From: an uncultured Gemmatimonadales bacterium
GTDB taxonomy: Bacteria > Gemmatimonadota > Gemmatimonadetes > Longimicrobiales > Gaopeijiaceae
Assembly: GCA_963823035.1 (NCBI GenBank)
Contig: CAWGKG010000010.1
Coordinates: forward strand, 320,001-384,000
Direction of reading: 5' to 3'
Length of the DNA: 64,000 nt
Made by a program: the position numbers and the translations under genes. This document shows positions 51,920 through 64,000 of the stretch, piece after piece. Positions within the stretch are counted from its first letter, which is position 1; each line of letters starts with the position of its first letter. A model generated the notes under the pieces. That model had not been told where the DNA came from. It worked only from the letters and a program-made list of their open reading frames with translations, and ran no database searches.

Positions 51920-53238
51920 ACTTCTGGGGCCCCAGCATGTTCTTCGGGGCGCTGCTGCTCATCTTCAGCGGCTACCCGGTGGCGTTCGCCCTGGGTGGGA
52001 CCGCGCTGGCGTTCGCGCTCGTCGCTTCGCTCTTCGGCCACTTCGATCCGATCCTCCTGTACGCGCTTCCGGAGCGGACGTTCGGCACCATGTCGAACTA
52101 CACGCTCCTCGCCGTCCCCTTCTTCATCTTCATGGGTACGGTCCTGGAGAAGAGCCGCCTGGCGGAGCAGCTCCTGGAGACGATCGGCGCGCTCTTCGGC
52201 CGCTTCCGCGGAGGCCTGGCGCTCGGCGTGATCTTCGTGGGCGCGCTCCTGGCCGCGGCGACCGGGGTGGTGGGCGCGAGCGTGACCGCGATGGGGCTGA
52301 TCTCCCTCCCGGTCATGCTGCGCAACAACTACAAGGACTCGGTGAGCCTGGGCGTCATCGCGGCGTCCGGCACGCTCGGGCAGATCATCCCGCCCTCCAT
52401 CGTGCTGATCGTGCTCGGCGACCAGATGGGCGTGTCGGTCGGGTCGCTCTTCGGGGCCGCGCTGATCCCGGGGCTCGTGCTCACGGGGATGTACGCGCTC
52501 TACGTCGTGGTGCTCGCCTTCTTCCGCAAGGACGTGGCCCCGGCGCTCCCGCTGGAGCTGCGCTCGTCCGGGATGGAGCTCTTCCGCCGCGTGGTGGTGA
52601 GCCTGATGCCACCGCTCATCCTCATCGTGGTGGTGCTCGGCAGCATCTTCGCGGGCGTCGCGACGCCCACGGAGGCCGGCGCGCTCGGCGCCGTGGGCGC
52701 GATGATCCTCGCGGCGCTGAACCGGCAACTCTCCCTCGCCACGCTCAAGGCGGCCATGGAGGAGACCAGCCGCCTGACGATCATGGTCGTCTTCCTCCTG
52801 ATCGGCTCCACCGCCTTCTCGCTCGTCTTCCGCGGCCTGGACGGAGACATATGGATCGCCGACGCGCTCACCGGCGTGCCCGGCGGCGCCATCGGCTTCC
52901 TCCTCGTCGTGAACATGGTCGTGTTCTTCCTCGGCTTCTTCATCGACTTCTTCGAGATCGCCTTCATCATCGTGCCGCTGATCCTCGCCCCGGCCGACAT
53001 CCTCGGGATCGACCGTACCTGGCTCGGCATCGTGCTGGCCGTGAACCTGCAGACGTCGTTCCTCACCCCACCGTTCGGCTTCAGCCTCTTCTACCTGCGG
53101 GGCGTCACGCCGGAGCGGATCCCGACCACCGCGATCTACCGGGGGGTGGTGCCCTTCATCGTCATCCAGCTCGTGGTGCTGGCGGCGATGATCTTCTTCG
53201 CGCACCCGGACACGCCGGGCCTTCCCAGCCTTTTCTGA
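51916..53238 (+). CDS. TRAP transporter large permease (DctM)
   Basis: GTLGQIIPPS, ATPTEAG, QTSFLTPPFGF. Confidence 0.93.
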   Translation: MNFWGPSMFFGALLLIFSGYPVAFALGGTALAFALVASLFGHFDPILLYALPERTFGTMSNYTLLAVPFFIFMGTVLEKSRLAEQLLETIGALFGRFRGGLALGVIFVGALLAAATGVVGASVTAMGLISLPVMLRNNYKDSVSLGVIAASGTLGQIIPPSIVLIVLGDQMGVSVGSLFGAALIPGLVLTGMYALYVVVLAFFRKDVAPALPLELRSSGMELFRRVVVSLMPPLILIVVVLGSIFAGVATPTEAGALGAVGAMILAALNRQLSLATLKAAMEETSRLTIMVVFLLIGSTAFSLVFRGLDGDIWIADALTGVPGGAIGFLLVVNMVVFFLGFFIDFFEIAFIIVPLILAPADILGIDRTWLGIVLAVNLQTSFLTPPFGFSLFYLRGVTPERIPTTAIYRGVVPFIVIQLVVLAAMIFFAHPDTPGLPSLF

Positions 53239-53245
53239 GACCCCG

Positions 53246-54814
53246 ATGTCGACGCCCCTGCTCAACCGATCGCCCGCCGGCCCGACGCTCGTCCTCCTCC
53301 TCGCCGCCGGCACGGTGGCGTGCGGTGGGGGAGGGGAGCCCCCGGCCTCCACCGCGGACGCCTCGGCCGAGATGGCGATCCCGCCGAACTTCCGCCCGAC
53401 TCAGCCCGACCTCTTCGGCGCCCCCGGCGGCCAGCCGAACGCCTGGGCGGACTACGACCACGACGGGGACCTCGACCTCTTCGTCGGGTTCCGCGGCGCG
53501 CCGAACCGGCTCTACCGCAATGACGCCACCACCTTCGTGGAGGTGGCCGCGGACGTGGGCCTCGCGGACGAGCCGGAGACGCGGGCGGCCGCCTGGGGCG
53601 ACTACGACGCGGACGGCGATCTCGACCTCTACGTCGGCTTCGCGGGCGCGGACGGCATCGCGAACCGCTTGTACAGGAACGACGACGGCGGCGCGCGCTT
53701 CGTGGACGTGGCGCCGGCGCTCGGGCTGGACCGGGTCGGTGTATCGCGCCAGCCGGTCTGGGTGGACTACGACGGAGACGGCGACGTCGACCTCTTCGTC
53801 GCCTTCCGGGACCAGCCGAATCGGCTCTACCGGAACGAGGGGGGCACCTTCACGGATGTGACGGACGCCTCCGGGATCGGCGATCCGCGGCGCACCGTGG
53901 GTGCCGTGTGGTTCGACATCGACGGGGACGCCGACCTCGACCTCTTCGTCGCCAACCAGGACGGCGACGAGGACGGCGTGTTCCGTAACCTCGGTGACGG
54001 CCGCTTCGAGGACGTGGCCGCCGCCCTGGGGATGAACGCTCCCGGTCGCGCCGACAGCGAGGGTGGCGTGGGCGTTGCGGTCGCCGACTACGACGACGAC
54101 GGGGACCTCGACCTCTTCGAGACGTGCTACGGACCGGACGTCCTCTGGCAGAACCAGGGGAACGGCACCTTCCGGAACGTGGCACCGGGCACGCCCCTCG
54201 CCGGCGACCACCACTCCGTGGCGGCCGCGTGGGGCGACTACGACAACGACGGCTGGGCGGACCTGTTCGTCGGCACCTTCCTGTCGAGCGAGCCGCAGGC
54301 GGCCGACCACCTCTTCCGCAACGTCGAGGGTGTGTTCGAGGACGTGACCCCGCCGGTGCTGCTCGAGAAGGGCGCGAGCCACGGAGTGGCGTGGGCCGAC
54401 TTCGACATGGACGGCGACGTCGACCTTGCGCTGGCGAACAACGACCCGGTGGAAGGGACGGATCCGCTCTACGTGAACGGCCTCCCCGCGGAGCGCGCCG
54501 GTCGCTCGCTCCAGGTGGCCGCGCTGGACGGCCAGGGCCGTTGGCTCCTCCCGGGCGCCGTGATCACGCTCTCGGCCGACCCCGCGCCGGGTCACCCCGC
54601 GGGGTTCACGGCGGCGCGGCTGATGGAGGCCGGCGGAGGGTATTCCTCTCAGGGAGCGACGCCCGTCCACTTCGGGCTTCCGCCATGGGTGCAGCGCGTG
54701 AGCGTCACGGCCACGTGGTTCCAGAAGGGACAGCGCCGGACCGCCACCGTGTCAGGCGTGGATCCGGCGCGGTTCCTCCACGCCTGGGTCGTGATGCGGC
54801 TGGGCGTGCAGTGA
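53246..54814 (+). CDS. FG-GAP/VCBS repeat lipoprotein, CRTAC1/ASPIC-UnbV-like
   Basis: TVAC lipobox; seven DxDxDGDxDL-type repeats; GGGYSSQ...VHFGL. Confidence 0.88.
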   Translation: MSTPLLNRSPAGPTLVLLLAAGTVACGGGGEPPASTADASAEMAIPPNFRPTQPDLFGAPGGQPNAWADYDHDGDLDLFVGFRGAPNRLYRNDATTFVEVAADVGLADEPETRAAAWGDYDADGDLDLYVGFAGADGIANRLYRNDDGGARFVDVAPALGLDRVGVSRQPVWVDYDGDGDVDLFVAFRDQPNRLYRNEGGTFTDVTDASGIGDPRRTVGAVWFDIDGDADLDLFVANQDGDEDGVFRNLGDGRFEDVAAALGMNAPGRADSEGGVGVAVADYDDDGDLDLFETCYGPDVLWQNQGNGTFRNVAPGTPLAGDHHSVAAAWGDYDNDGWADLFVGTFLSSEPQAADHLFRNVEGVFEDVTPPVLLEKGASHGVAWADFDMDGDVDLALANNDPVEGTDPLYVNGLPAERAGRSLQVAALDGQGRWLLPGAVITLSADPAPGHPAGFTAARLMEAGGGYSSQGATPVHFGLPPWVQRVSVTATWFQKGQRRTATVSGVDPARFLHAWVVMRLGVQ

Positions 54815-55447
54815 CGGCCCAACGGCGTCGGGCCGCACCCCCGACGCTCAAGCCGCGGGTCGCGCAGGGCGCCCTGGCACGCGACGAGGCCTTCGGGCCG
54901 TGGGTGGCGCGCATCGGACCGGTGCGCATGCCCCGTATCGAACAACCCGGCTTTCCGTACCTGGTGCGCTCGATCGTCTATCAACAGCTCGCGGGAAGGG
55001 CCGCCTCGACCATTCACGGACGGTTCGTGGGGGCGTGTGGCGGGAAGGTCACGCCCGGCTCGGTGAGGAAGGCGTCCGACGAGGCGCTGCGTGGCGGCCG
55101 GTCTGTCACGGGGGAAGCTGGCCGCCGTGCGCGACCTGGCGGACAAGGCCGGGTCCCTCCGGCTCGGCGCCCTCGCCTCCCTCGACGACGACGCGGTGGT
55201 CGAGCGCCTGACCACGGTGCGAGGCATCGGGCGGTGGACCGCCCAGATGTTCCTGATCTTCGCGCTGCGCCGCCCGGACGTCTGGCCCACGGGGGACCTG
55301 GGTGTGCGCGCGGGTTACGCGCGCATCATGGGCCTGGAGGAGCCGCCGCGCGAGAAGGAGATGGAGCCGCTGGGCGAACCCTATCGCCCGCATCGAAGCG
55401 CCGCCGCCTGGTACTGCTGGCGGGCGCTCGAGACCGAAGCACCTTGA
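54811..55447 (+). CDS. DNA-3-methyladenine glycosylase (AlkA/HhH-GPD; apparent indel ~55093)
   Basis: SIVYQQL, GIGRWTA, PTGDLG, PHRSAAAWYCW. Confidence 0.87.
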
Positions 55448-55576
55448 AAGGGGCAAGGTGACGCGGGAACCTCCGTCCCGGATCGGGGATTGTCCTGATC
55501 GGGCCTGTTCGGGCCTCACCACACTGGATGAGAGGGCCCGCCTCCCCGCACCTCTCCGACCCACGGAGAACCATCG

Positions 55577-55954
55577 ATGGAGATGAGGATCGTCTTCCCG
55601 GGAGGGGACCGCGTCGACGCGTTGATGGGCAACACGACCGTCTCGACCGACCAGAACGGGACCGCCCCCACCCCCTTCGGGCTCTTCCTCGCGTCGATCG
55701 GCACGTGCGCCGGAATCTACGTGCTCGGCTTCTGCCGGCACCGCGGCCTGCCGACGGACGGGATCGAGATCGTTCAGCGCATGCACACCAACCCGGTGAC
55801 CCGGATGATCGAGCAGGTGGACCTCGACATCGTGGTCCCGCCCGACTTCCCGGCGAAGTACCACGAGGCGTTGATCCGCGCGGCGGACCAGTGCGCGGTG
55901 AAGAAGCACCTCGAACAGCCGCCGAGCTTCAACGTCCGGACGAAGGTGGTGTGA
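55577..55954 (+). CDS. OsmC family protein
   Basis: TDQ, PTPFGLFLASIGTCAG, QCAVKK. Confidence 0.88.
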   Translation: MEMRIVFPGGDRVDALMGNTTVSTDQNGTAPTPFGLFLASIGTCAGIYVLGFCRHRGLPTDGIEIVQRMHTNPVTRMIEQVDLDIVVPPDFPAKYHEALIRAADQCAVKKHLEQPPSFNVRTKVV

Positions 55955-57647
55955 CGGGATCCTGGTCCGGGCGAGATCCGTCGTCGATCGCGTTCCGCGC
56001 CAGCCTCACCGAAGTCTCGATGACGTGACGCAGGGAGCCGGGGATGCTCTCCGGGCCCCTGCGCGTGCTCTCCTCCGCCACGGTGAGGGCGAGGTACGGC
56101 TTCGAGTGGCGGCGGATGGCGCGGGTGACGATGTGGTGGGCGTTGAGCTTCTTGCCGTCGACGTGCGTGCCCGCGTCCTCGGGCAAGCCGGCCGCGCGCC
56201 GGTACACGTCGGCGAAGCCGCCGTGCCAGAGCTCCAGCTCCACGTTGCGGCGGCGCAGACGGGTGACGTGCTGCTTCGCGGGTCGTGATCCCAGGTAGCC
56301 TCGCGCCTCGCGCGCGTAGCCGGCACCGGAGTCGTCTCCGTCGGTGACGAGGTGCCACTCGATGTGCAGGTCGTCCGCCAGCCGCACCAGCGGCTCGACC
56401 CCGCACTGGGCGAACTCGACGCAGCGTACGCCTTCGGATTCGAGGTCGTAGCCCATCACCTGCGCGAGCTGGCGCACGAGCCAGAACTCCGTCTCCCCCT
56501 CCACCAACAGCCAGCAGCGGGCGAAGAGGGCCGAGCCCCGCCTGGCGCGGATGTGGTAGCCGACGCGGCGCATCCCCTCCGCCGACAGCGTCCGCTGCCC
56601 CAGGCGGTGGGCGTCGATGCGTCCGTCGCGGCGCACGAGCCGGCGCAGGAGGGGGAGGGGCACGTTGGAGAGGAACTCCCCCGAGTTCGTGATCACGAGC
56701 GTCTGGGCCCGCAGCTTCTCGATCACATCCCAGGTGGAGGCCACCATCATGGGGTGGAGGTGCACCTCGGGCTCCTCGATGGCGAGGAGCGGCTCCGCGT
56801 CGGGGGAGAGCACGGCCTCTCCACGCACGTCGATGAGGGAGCCGAGCACGAGAAGGAGCCCCAGCGCGTGGCTCCCGCTACCGGGTCGAGGCCGCCCACG
56901 GCGCCCGGCGTCGCCGTGTCCGTGCTCCACGAGCGGATCGAGGATGCCCCCCAACGCGCCCGGATCCGTCAGGTAGCGCTCGACCAGCGTCGTGCGCAGG
57001 CTGTGCATGGACTGGAGGGCCCTGCGCACGTCCTCCGGCGGAACGGGTCCGCGGGCCTCCGCGAGGCGACGGTACACGCGCGCGATGTCCTGCTCGGAGT
57101 GGCGTTCGCTGCCACCGTCCTCGTCGCGGTCCTCGGCGCGGCTCCATTCCAGCGGGACGTGCGCGTGCGGCTGGGCCATGCGGACGACCAGCACCGGATG
57201 CTGCTGGCGCAGCCTGGAGAGCACGATCGCGTGCGGCTGGGGATCGAGCGGCTTCTCGTCGGCGTCGACGAAGCGCCCGTGCATGGCTCCGGTCGCGGGG
57301 TCGCCGGTGAACTCCGCGCGCACGACGTCCTTTCCCGCGGCACCGCGCACCGTCGCCATGTCGAACACGCTCGGGCGTCCCCCGGGTCGGTCCGGGTCCT
57401 CCTCCCGCAGGAAGGTGAGGAGCACGCGGATGGGCGCGGGCGTCGATGCGCTCGTACGCCGGAAGTCGGACGCCTCGAAATGCGTCGGTGTGGGCGCGTC
57501 CGGCCGCCCGAGGCAGCGTTCCAGGACGTCGAAGAGGCTCGACTTGCCGTGGTTGTTCTCACCGATGACCACGGTGAGGCGTTCGAGGCTCAGCTCCAGC
57601 CGGCCGATCCCCCGGAAGTCCTCGATGAGGACGTGCGCGAGACGCAT
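55929..57647 (-). CDS. OLD-family ATP-dependent nuclease (YbjD-like)
   Basis: DFRGI, GENNHGKSS, IEEPEVHLHP, LFARCWLLVEGETE TOPRIM, TDGD. Confidence 0.88.
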   Translation of the reverse strand: MRLAHVLIEDFRGIGRLELSLERLTVVIGENNHGKSSLFDVLERCLGRPDAPTPTHFEASDFRRTSASTPAPIRVLLTFLREEDPDRPGGRPSVFDMATVRGAAGKDVVRAEFTGDPATGAMHGRFVDADEKPLDPQPHAIVLSRLRQQHPVLVVRMAQPHAHVPLEWSRAEDRDEDGGSERHSEQDIARVYRRLAEARGPVPPEDVRRALQSMHSLRTTLVERYLTDPGALGGILDPLVEHGHGDAGRRGRPRPGSGSHALGLLLVLGSLIDVRGEAVLSPDAEPLLAIEEPEVHLHPMMVASTWDVIEKLRAQTLVITNSGEFLSNVPLPLLRRLVRRDGRIDAHRLGQRTLSAEGMRRVGYHIRARRGSALFARCWLLVEGETEFWLVRQLAQVMGYDLESEGVRCVEFAQCGVEPLVRLADDLHIEWHLVTDGDDSGAGYAREARGYLGSRPAKQHVTRLRRRNVELELWHGGFADVYRRAAGLPEDAGTHVDGKKLNAHHIVTRAIRRHSKPYLALTVAEESTRRGPESIPGSLRHVIETSVRLARNAIDDGSRPDQDPVTPPSSGR

Positions 57648-57660
57648 GGGCGAAGCCCGG

Positions 57661-58806
<1,146 letters not shown>

Positions 58807-58970
58807 CCGGCGAGCCTCTCTCTCGGGGGCGAGCGCGCCGTCTCGGCGCGTTTCGGCAGGTCGCTAAGGTACGGTGCGGCGGCCGCGGGGCAATCGGCGC
58901 GCCGGCGCTGGCGCGAGGGACGTCATGCGGGGATCTTCTGTCGGTCCACCTCAACGCCCGGAGCCCTTCC

Positions 58971-60680
58971 ATGCGCCTCGTGCCGATCGCCCGCTTCCCG
59001 CTCACCTCCACGCTCGCGCTGCTGCTCGCCTTCGGCGGCGCCGGCGTGGCAGCCCAGACCTCCGAACCGGTACGGGCCGGCTCGGGGATGGTCGTGTCCG
59101 AGCACTGGCTGGCCAGCGAGGCGGGGCGCGACGTGCTGGCCGCGGGAGGCAACGCGGTGGACGCGGCGATCGCCACGGGCTTCGCCCTGGCCGTGACGCA
59201 TCCCTCCGCGGGCAACATCGGCGGGGGCGGCTTCATGGTGATCCGCTTCCCGGACGGCACGGCCACCACGATCGACTTCCGCGAGAAGGCTCCGCTGGCG
59301 GCCGACCCGGACATGTGGCTGGACGAGAGCGGCGAGTACTCCGCGCGTATCCACCACAACAGCCACAAGGCGGTGGGCGTGCCCGGCACGGTGGCGGGAT
59401 GGGACAAGGCGCACCGCCTCTACGGGGCGATGGACTGGCGGCGGCTGGTGGCGCCGGCGGTGAAGCTCGCCGAGAAGGGCTTCAAGCTCAGCGACCGCCA
59501 GGCCGAGAGCTTCGCGTCGCTGATCCAACGCATGGACGACGTCCCCGCCACCGTGGCCAAGTTCTCGAAGAACGGCACGCCCTACGCGGAGGGGGACACG
59601 TGGAGGCAGCCCGATCTGGCGAAGACGCTCCGCCGCATCCAGGAGAACGGCCGCGACGGGTTCTACCGCGGGGAGACCGCGCGGCTCATCGCCGAGGAGA
59701 TGAAGCGCGGTGGCGGCCTCATCACCGAGCAGGACCTCGAGATCTACCGTGCCAGCGAGCGGACGCCCATCCGTGGCACGTACCGCGGCTACGACATCAT
59801 CGGCATGCCGCCGCCCAGCTCGGGCGGCGTCGCGATCGTCGAGATGCTGAACATGCTCGAGGGCTACGACCTGTCGTCGATGCAGCACGACGGGGCGCCC
59901 TACATCCACACGCTCACCGAGGTGATGCGCCGCGCATTCCGCGACCGCGCCGAGTACCTCGCCGACGTCGATTTCGTGGACGTGCCCGTGCACAGGCTCA
60001 CGAGCAAGGAGCACGCGGAGCGGGTCGCGGCGGACATCCTCCCCGAACGGGCGTCGGTGTCCACGCCGGCGGACCTCGACCTGAGGTACGAGAGCCCCGA
60101 GACCACGCACTTCTCGGTGGTGGACAAGGACGGGATGGCGGTCTCGGTCACCTACACCCTGGAGCAGGGCTACGGCGTCGGGATCGTGGTGCCCGGCGCG
60201 GGCTTCCTCCTCAACAACGAGATGGGCGACTTCAACGCCGGGCCGGGGCTGACGAACGAGCGCGGCCTCATCGGCACGCCGCCCAACCTCGCCCGCCCGC
60301 AGCAGCGCATGCTGTCGTCGATGAGCCCGAGCATCGTCGCGAAGGACGGGGAGCTGGTGGCGGTGGTGGGGAGCCCCGGTGGGCGGACGATCATCAACAC
60401 CGTGCTCGAGGTGATCCTCAACGTCGTCGACTTCGGGATGAACATCCAGGAGGCCGTGAACGCCCCGCGCATCCACCATCAGTGGCTGCCCGACGTGACC
60501 CGGATCGAGGAGGGGGGCGCGGACCCGGCGACCGTGGCGGCGCTCGAGGCCATGGGCCACGCCGTCACCGTGGGCGGGCATCAGGGGATGGCGCACTGCA
60601 TCATGATCGATCCGGCCACGGGCGAGCGGCTCGGGGCGGCCGATCCGCGCAACCCGGACTCAGGGGCTCGCGGCTACTGA
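58971..60680 (+). CDS. ggt: Gamma-glutamyltransferase
   Basis: GGNAVDAAIA, IDFRE, ETTHFSVVD, LNNEMGDF, LSSMSP, GSPGG. Confidence 0.95.
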   Translation: MRLVPIARFPLTSTLALLLAFGGAGVAAQTSEPVRAGSGMVVSEHWLASEAGRDVLAAGGNAVDAAIATGFALAVTHPSAGNIGGGGFMVIRFPDGTATTIDFREKAPLAADPDMWLDESGEYSARIHHNSHKAVGVPGTVAGWDKAHRLYGAMDWRRLVAPAVKLAEKGFKLSDRQAESFASLIQRMDDVPATVAKFSKNGTPYAEGDTWRQPDLAKTLRRIQENGRDGFYRGETARLIAEEMKRGGGLITEQDLEIYRASERTPIRGTYRGYDIIGMPPPSSGGVAIVEMLNMLEGYDLSSMQHDGAPYIHTLTEVMRRAFRDRAEYLADVDFVDVPVHRLTSKEHAERVAADILPERASVSTPADLDLRYESPETTHFSVVDKDGMAVSVTYTLEQGYGVGIVVPGAGFLLNNEMGDFNAGPGLTNERGLIGTPPNLARPQQRMLSSMSPSIVAKDGELVAVVGSPGGRTIINTVLEVILNVVDFGMNIQEAVNAPRIHHQWLPDVTRIEEGGADPATVAALEAMGHAVTVGGHQGMAHCIMIDPATGERLGAADPRNPDSGARGY

Positions 60681-60807
60681 CGTTCCGTGCGGTTCACGCG
60701 GCGCGCCGGCGCGCGGGGATGTTGCAGAAGGGGAACACGCACCCGCCGTTTTCGTGTACATTGTCAGCGAACCACATCGGGTCCCCGAGGACCGAAGGAA
60801 CACGAAC

Positions 60808-61347
60808 GTGAGCATCCTGCCCATTCTGGCCCACGTGGCCGTTGTCGCGTCCCTCTCCCTCCCGGCCGGTGTCGCCCAGCAGATGGGCACGCCGACGGTG
60901 CAGCAGCGCGAGGGCCACTACCACGAAGGCGTCCTGGGCCAGCAGTACCTCGAGGTCGAGCAATCCCTCCGCTGCAACTGCGGCTGTGGGCTGGACGTGC
61001 ACACCTGCCAGTTCCAGATGCAGTGTGGCACCTCGCCCGTCTGGTCGGCCCGCATCCGCAAGCAGCTCGAGCAGGGCGAGACGCCCGAGGCGATCAAGGC
61101 CGGCTTCGTCGCGGAGTTCGGCGAGACCGTGCTGATGGCCCCGCCCGCCGAGGGCTTCAACCTGGTCGGCTATCTCCTCCCGGGGGTGGCGATCCTGAGC
61201 GCGGGGGTTCTCGTCGGTCTGGTCGCCAAGGGCGGTACGGCGACCAAGGAGGGGTTGGCGCCGGTGCTCGACCCCTCGGACGAGGAGGAAGCGCTTCTGG
61301 CCGCCGAGCTGAGGCGTCTGGAAGAGGCCGAGAGCCCCGACTGGTAG
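60808..61347 (+). CDS. CcmH/NrfF-like periplasmic Cys-rich protein
   Basis: Signal peptide, LRCNCGC...C...C, FVAEFGETVL, C-terminal TM; GTG at 60808. Confidence 0.75.
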   Translation: MSILPILAHVAVVASLSLPAGVAQQMGTPTVQQREGHYHEGVLGQQYLEVEQSLRCNCGCGLDVHTCQFQMQCGTSPVWSARIRKQLEQGETPEAIKAGFVAEFGETVLMAPPAEGFNLVGYLLPGVAILSAGVLVGLVAKGGTATKEGLAPVLDPSDEEEALLAAELRRLEEAESPDW

Positions 61348-61425
61348 GCTTCATCGCCCCGTACGGGGTGTGACGACGCCGCAGGCGCGGTAAGGCCCGC
61401 GTCCGGGGCCGGAGACGACGGGCCC

Positions 61426-63509
<2,084 letters not shown>

Positions 63510-63526
<17 letters not shown>

Positions 63527-64000
63527 GCCAGCCCCGCGTGTCCTCGACCTCCCCGCGGACGGTCTGCAGAAAGCGCTTCTGGATGGCCATCGTGATCGGT
63601 CCGGCCTTCCCGCTCCCGACCGGGATCCGGTCGACGCTGCGGATCGGGGTGACCTCGGACGCCGTGCCCGTGAAGAACAGCTCGTCGGCGGTGTAGAGGC
63701 TCTCGCGCGGCACGTCCTGCTCGCGGACGCCGTAGCCCAGGTCCTCCGCGATCGCCAGCACGGCCGTGCGGGTGATGCCCGCCAGCGAGGTGCCGTCCAG
63801 GAAGGGCGTGATCACGATGCCGTCGCGCACGAGGAAGAGGTTCTGGCCGCTCCCCTCGCTCACCAGCCCGCTCGGGCCCAGCGCGATGCCCTCCACGTAG
63901 CCGTTCGTCACGGCCTCCATCTTGATGAGCTGCGCGTTCACGTAGTGGCCGGCGGCCTTCGCCTGGACCGGGAAGGTGTTGGGATGGGCCCGGTTCCACG
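63510..64000 (-). CDS. ilvE: Branched-chain amino acid aminotransferase (5' end outside window)
   Basis: AKAAGHY, EGSGQNLF, GITR, ELFFTGTASEVTP. Confidence 0.9.

Noticed and set aside
53440..54430. Recurring GACTACGAC...GACCTC repeats as CRISPR or mobile repeats
   Set aside because: Coding FG-GAP/VCBS repeats, degenerate at the DNA level

Overview
High-GC (roughly 70% by eye), gene-dense bacterial chromosome segment. Gene content and style suggest Gemmatimonadota (inference only). About 20 single-base indels break otherwise intact conserved genes (fumC, phoR, FNR, ClC, TBDR etc.), which I read as long-read assembly error. Contents: mlaEFD, FNR+trxB, fumC, nfo, a metal-uptake operon, a probable 6S RNA, a pterin operon, a TPR/macrodomain/transglutaminase/ABC operon, a Pho cluster, TRAP genes, an OLD-family nuclease, ggt, a P1B ATPase and ilvE. 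No mobile element, CRISPR, rRNA or tRNA was recognised. Best candidate for an undescribed system: a 110-aa upstream ORF (17732-17400) with an export signal, a His/Cys-rich putative metal site and a terminal RAPP ribosome-arrest motif. It sits behind a clean sigma70 promoter, directly ahead of a beta-barrel / ZnuA-like / ZnuB-like operon, and looks like a CruR/DUF2946-style translational metal sensor, possibly for Zn/Co/Ni instead of Cu. Other highlights: a GTNAC-N6-GTNAC Pho-box motif at 4-5 promoters linking a TonB receptor + lipoprotein pair to PhoB; a possible complete tetrahydrobiopterin operon with two PTPS paralogs; and a CSC-motif P1B ATPase.
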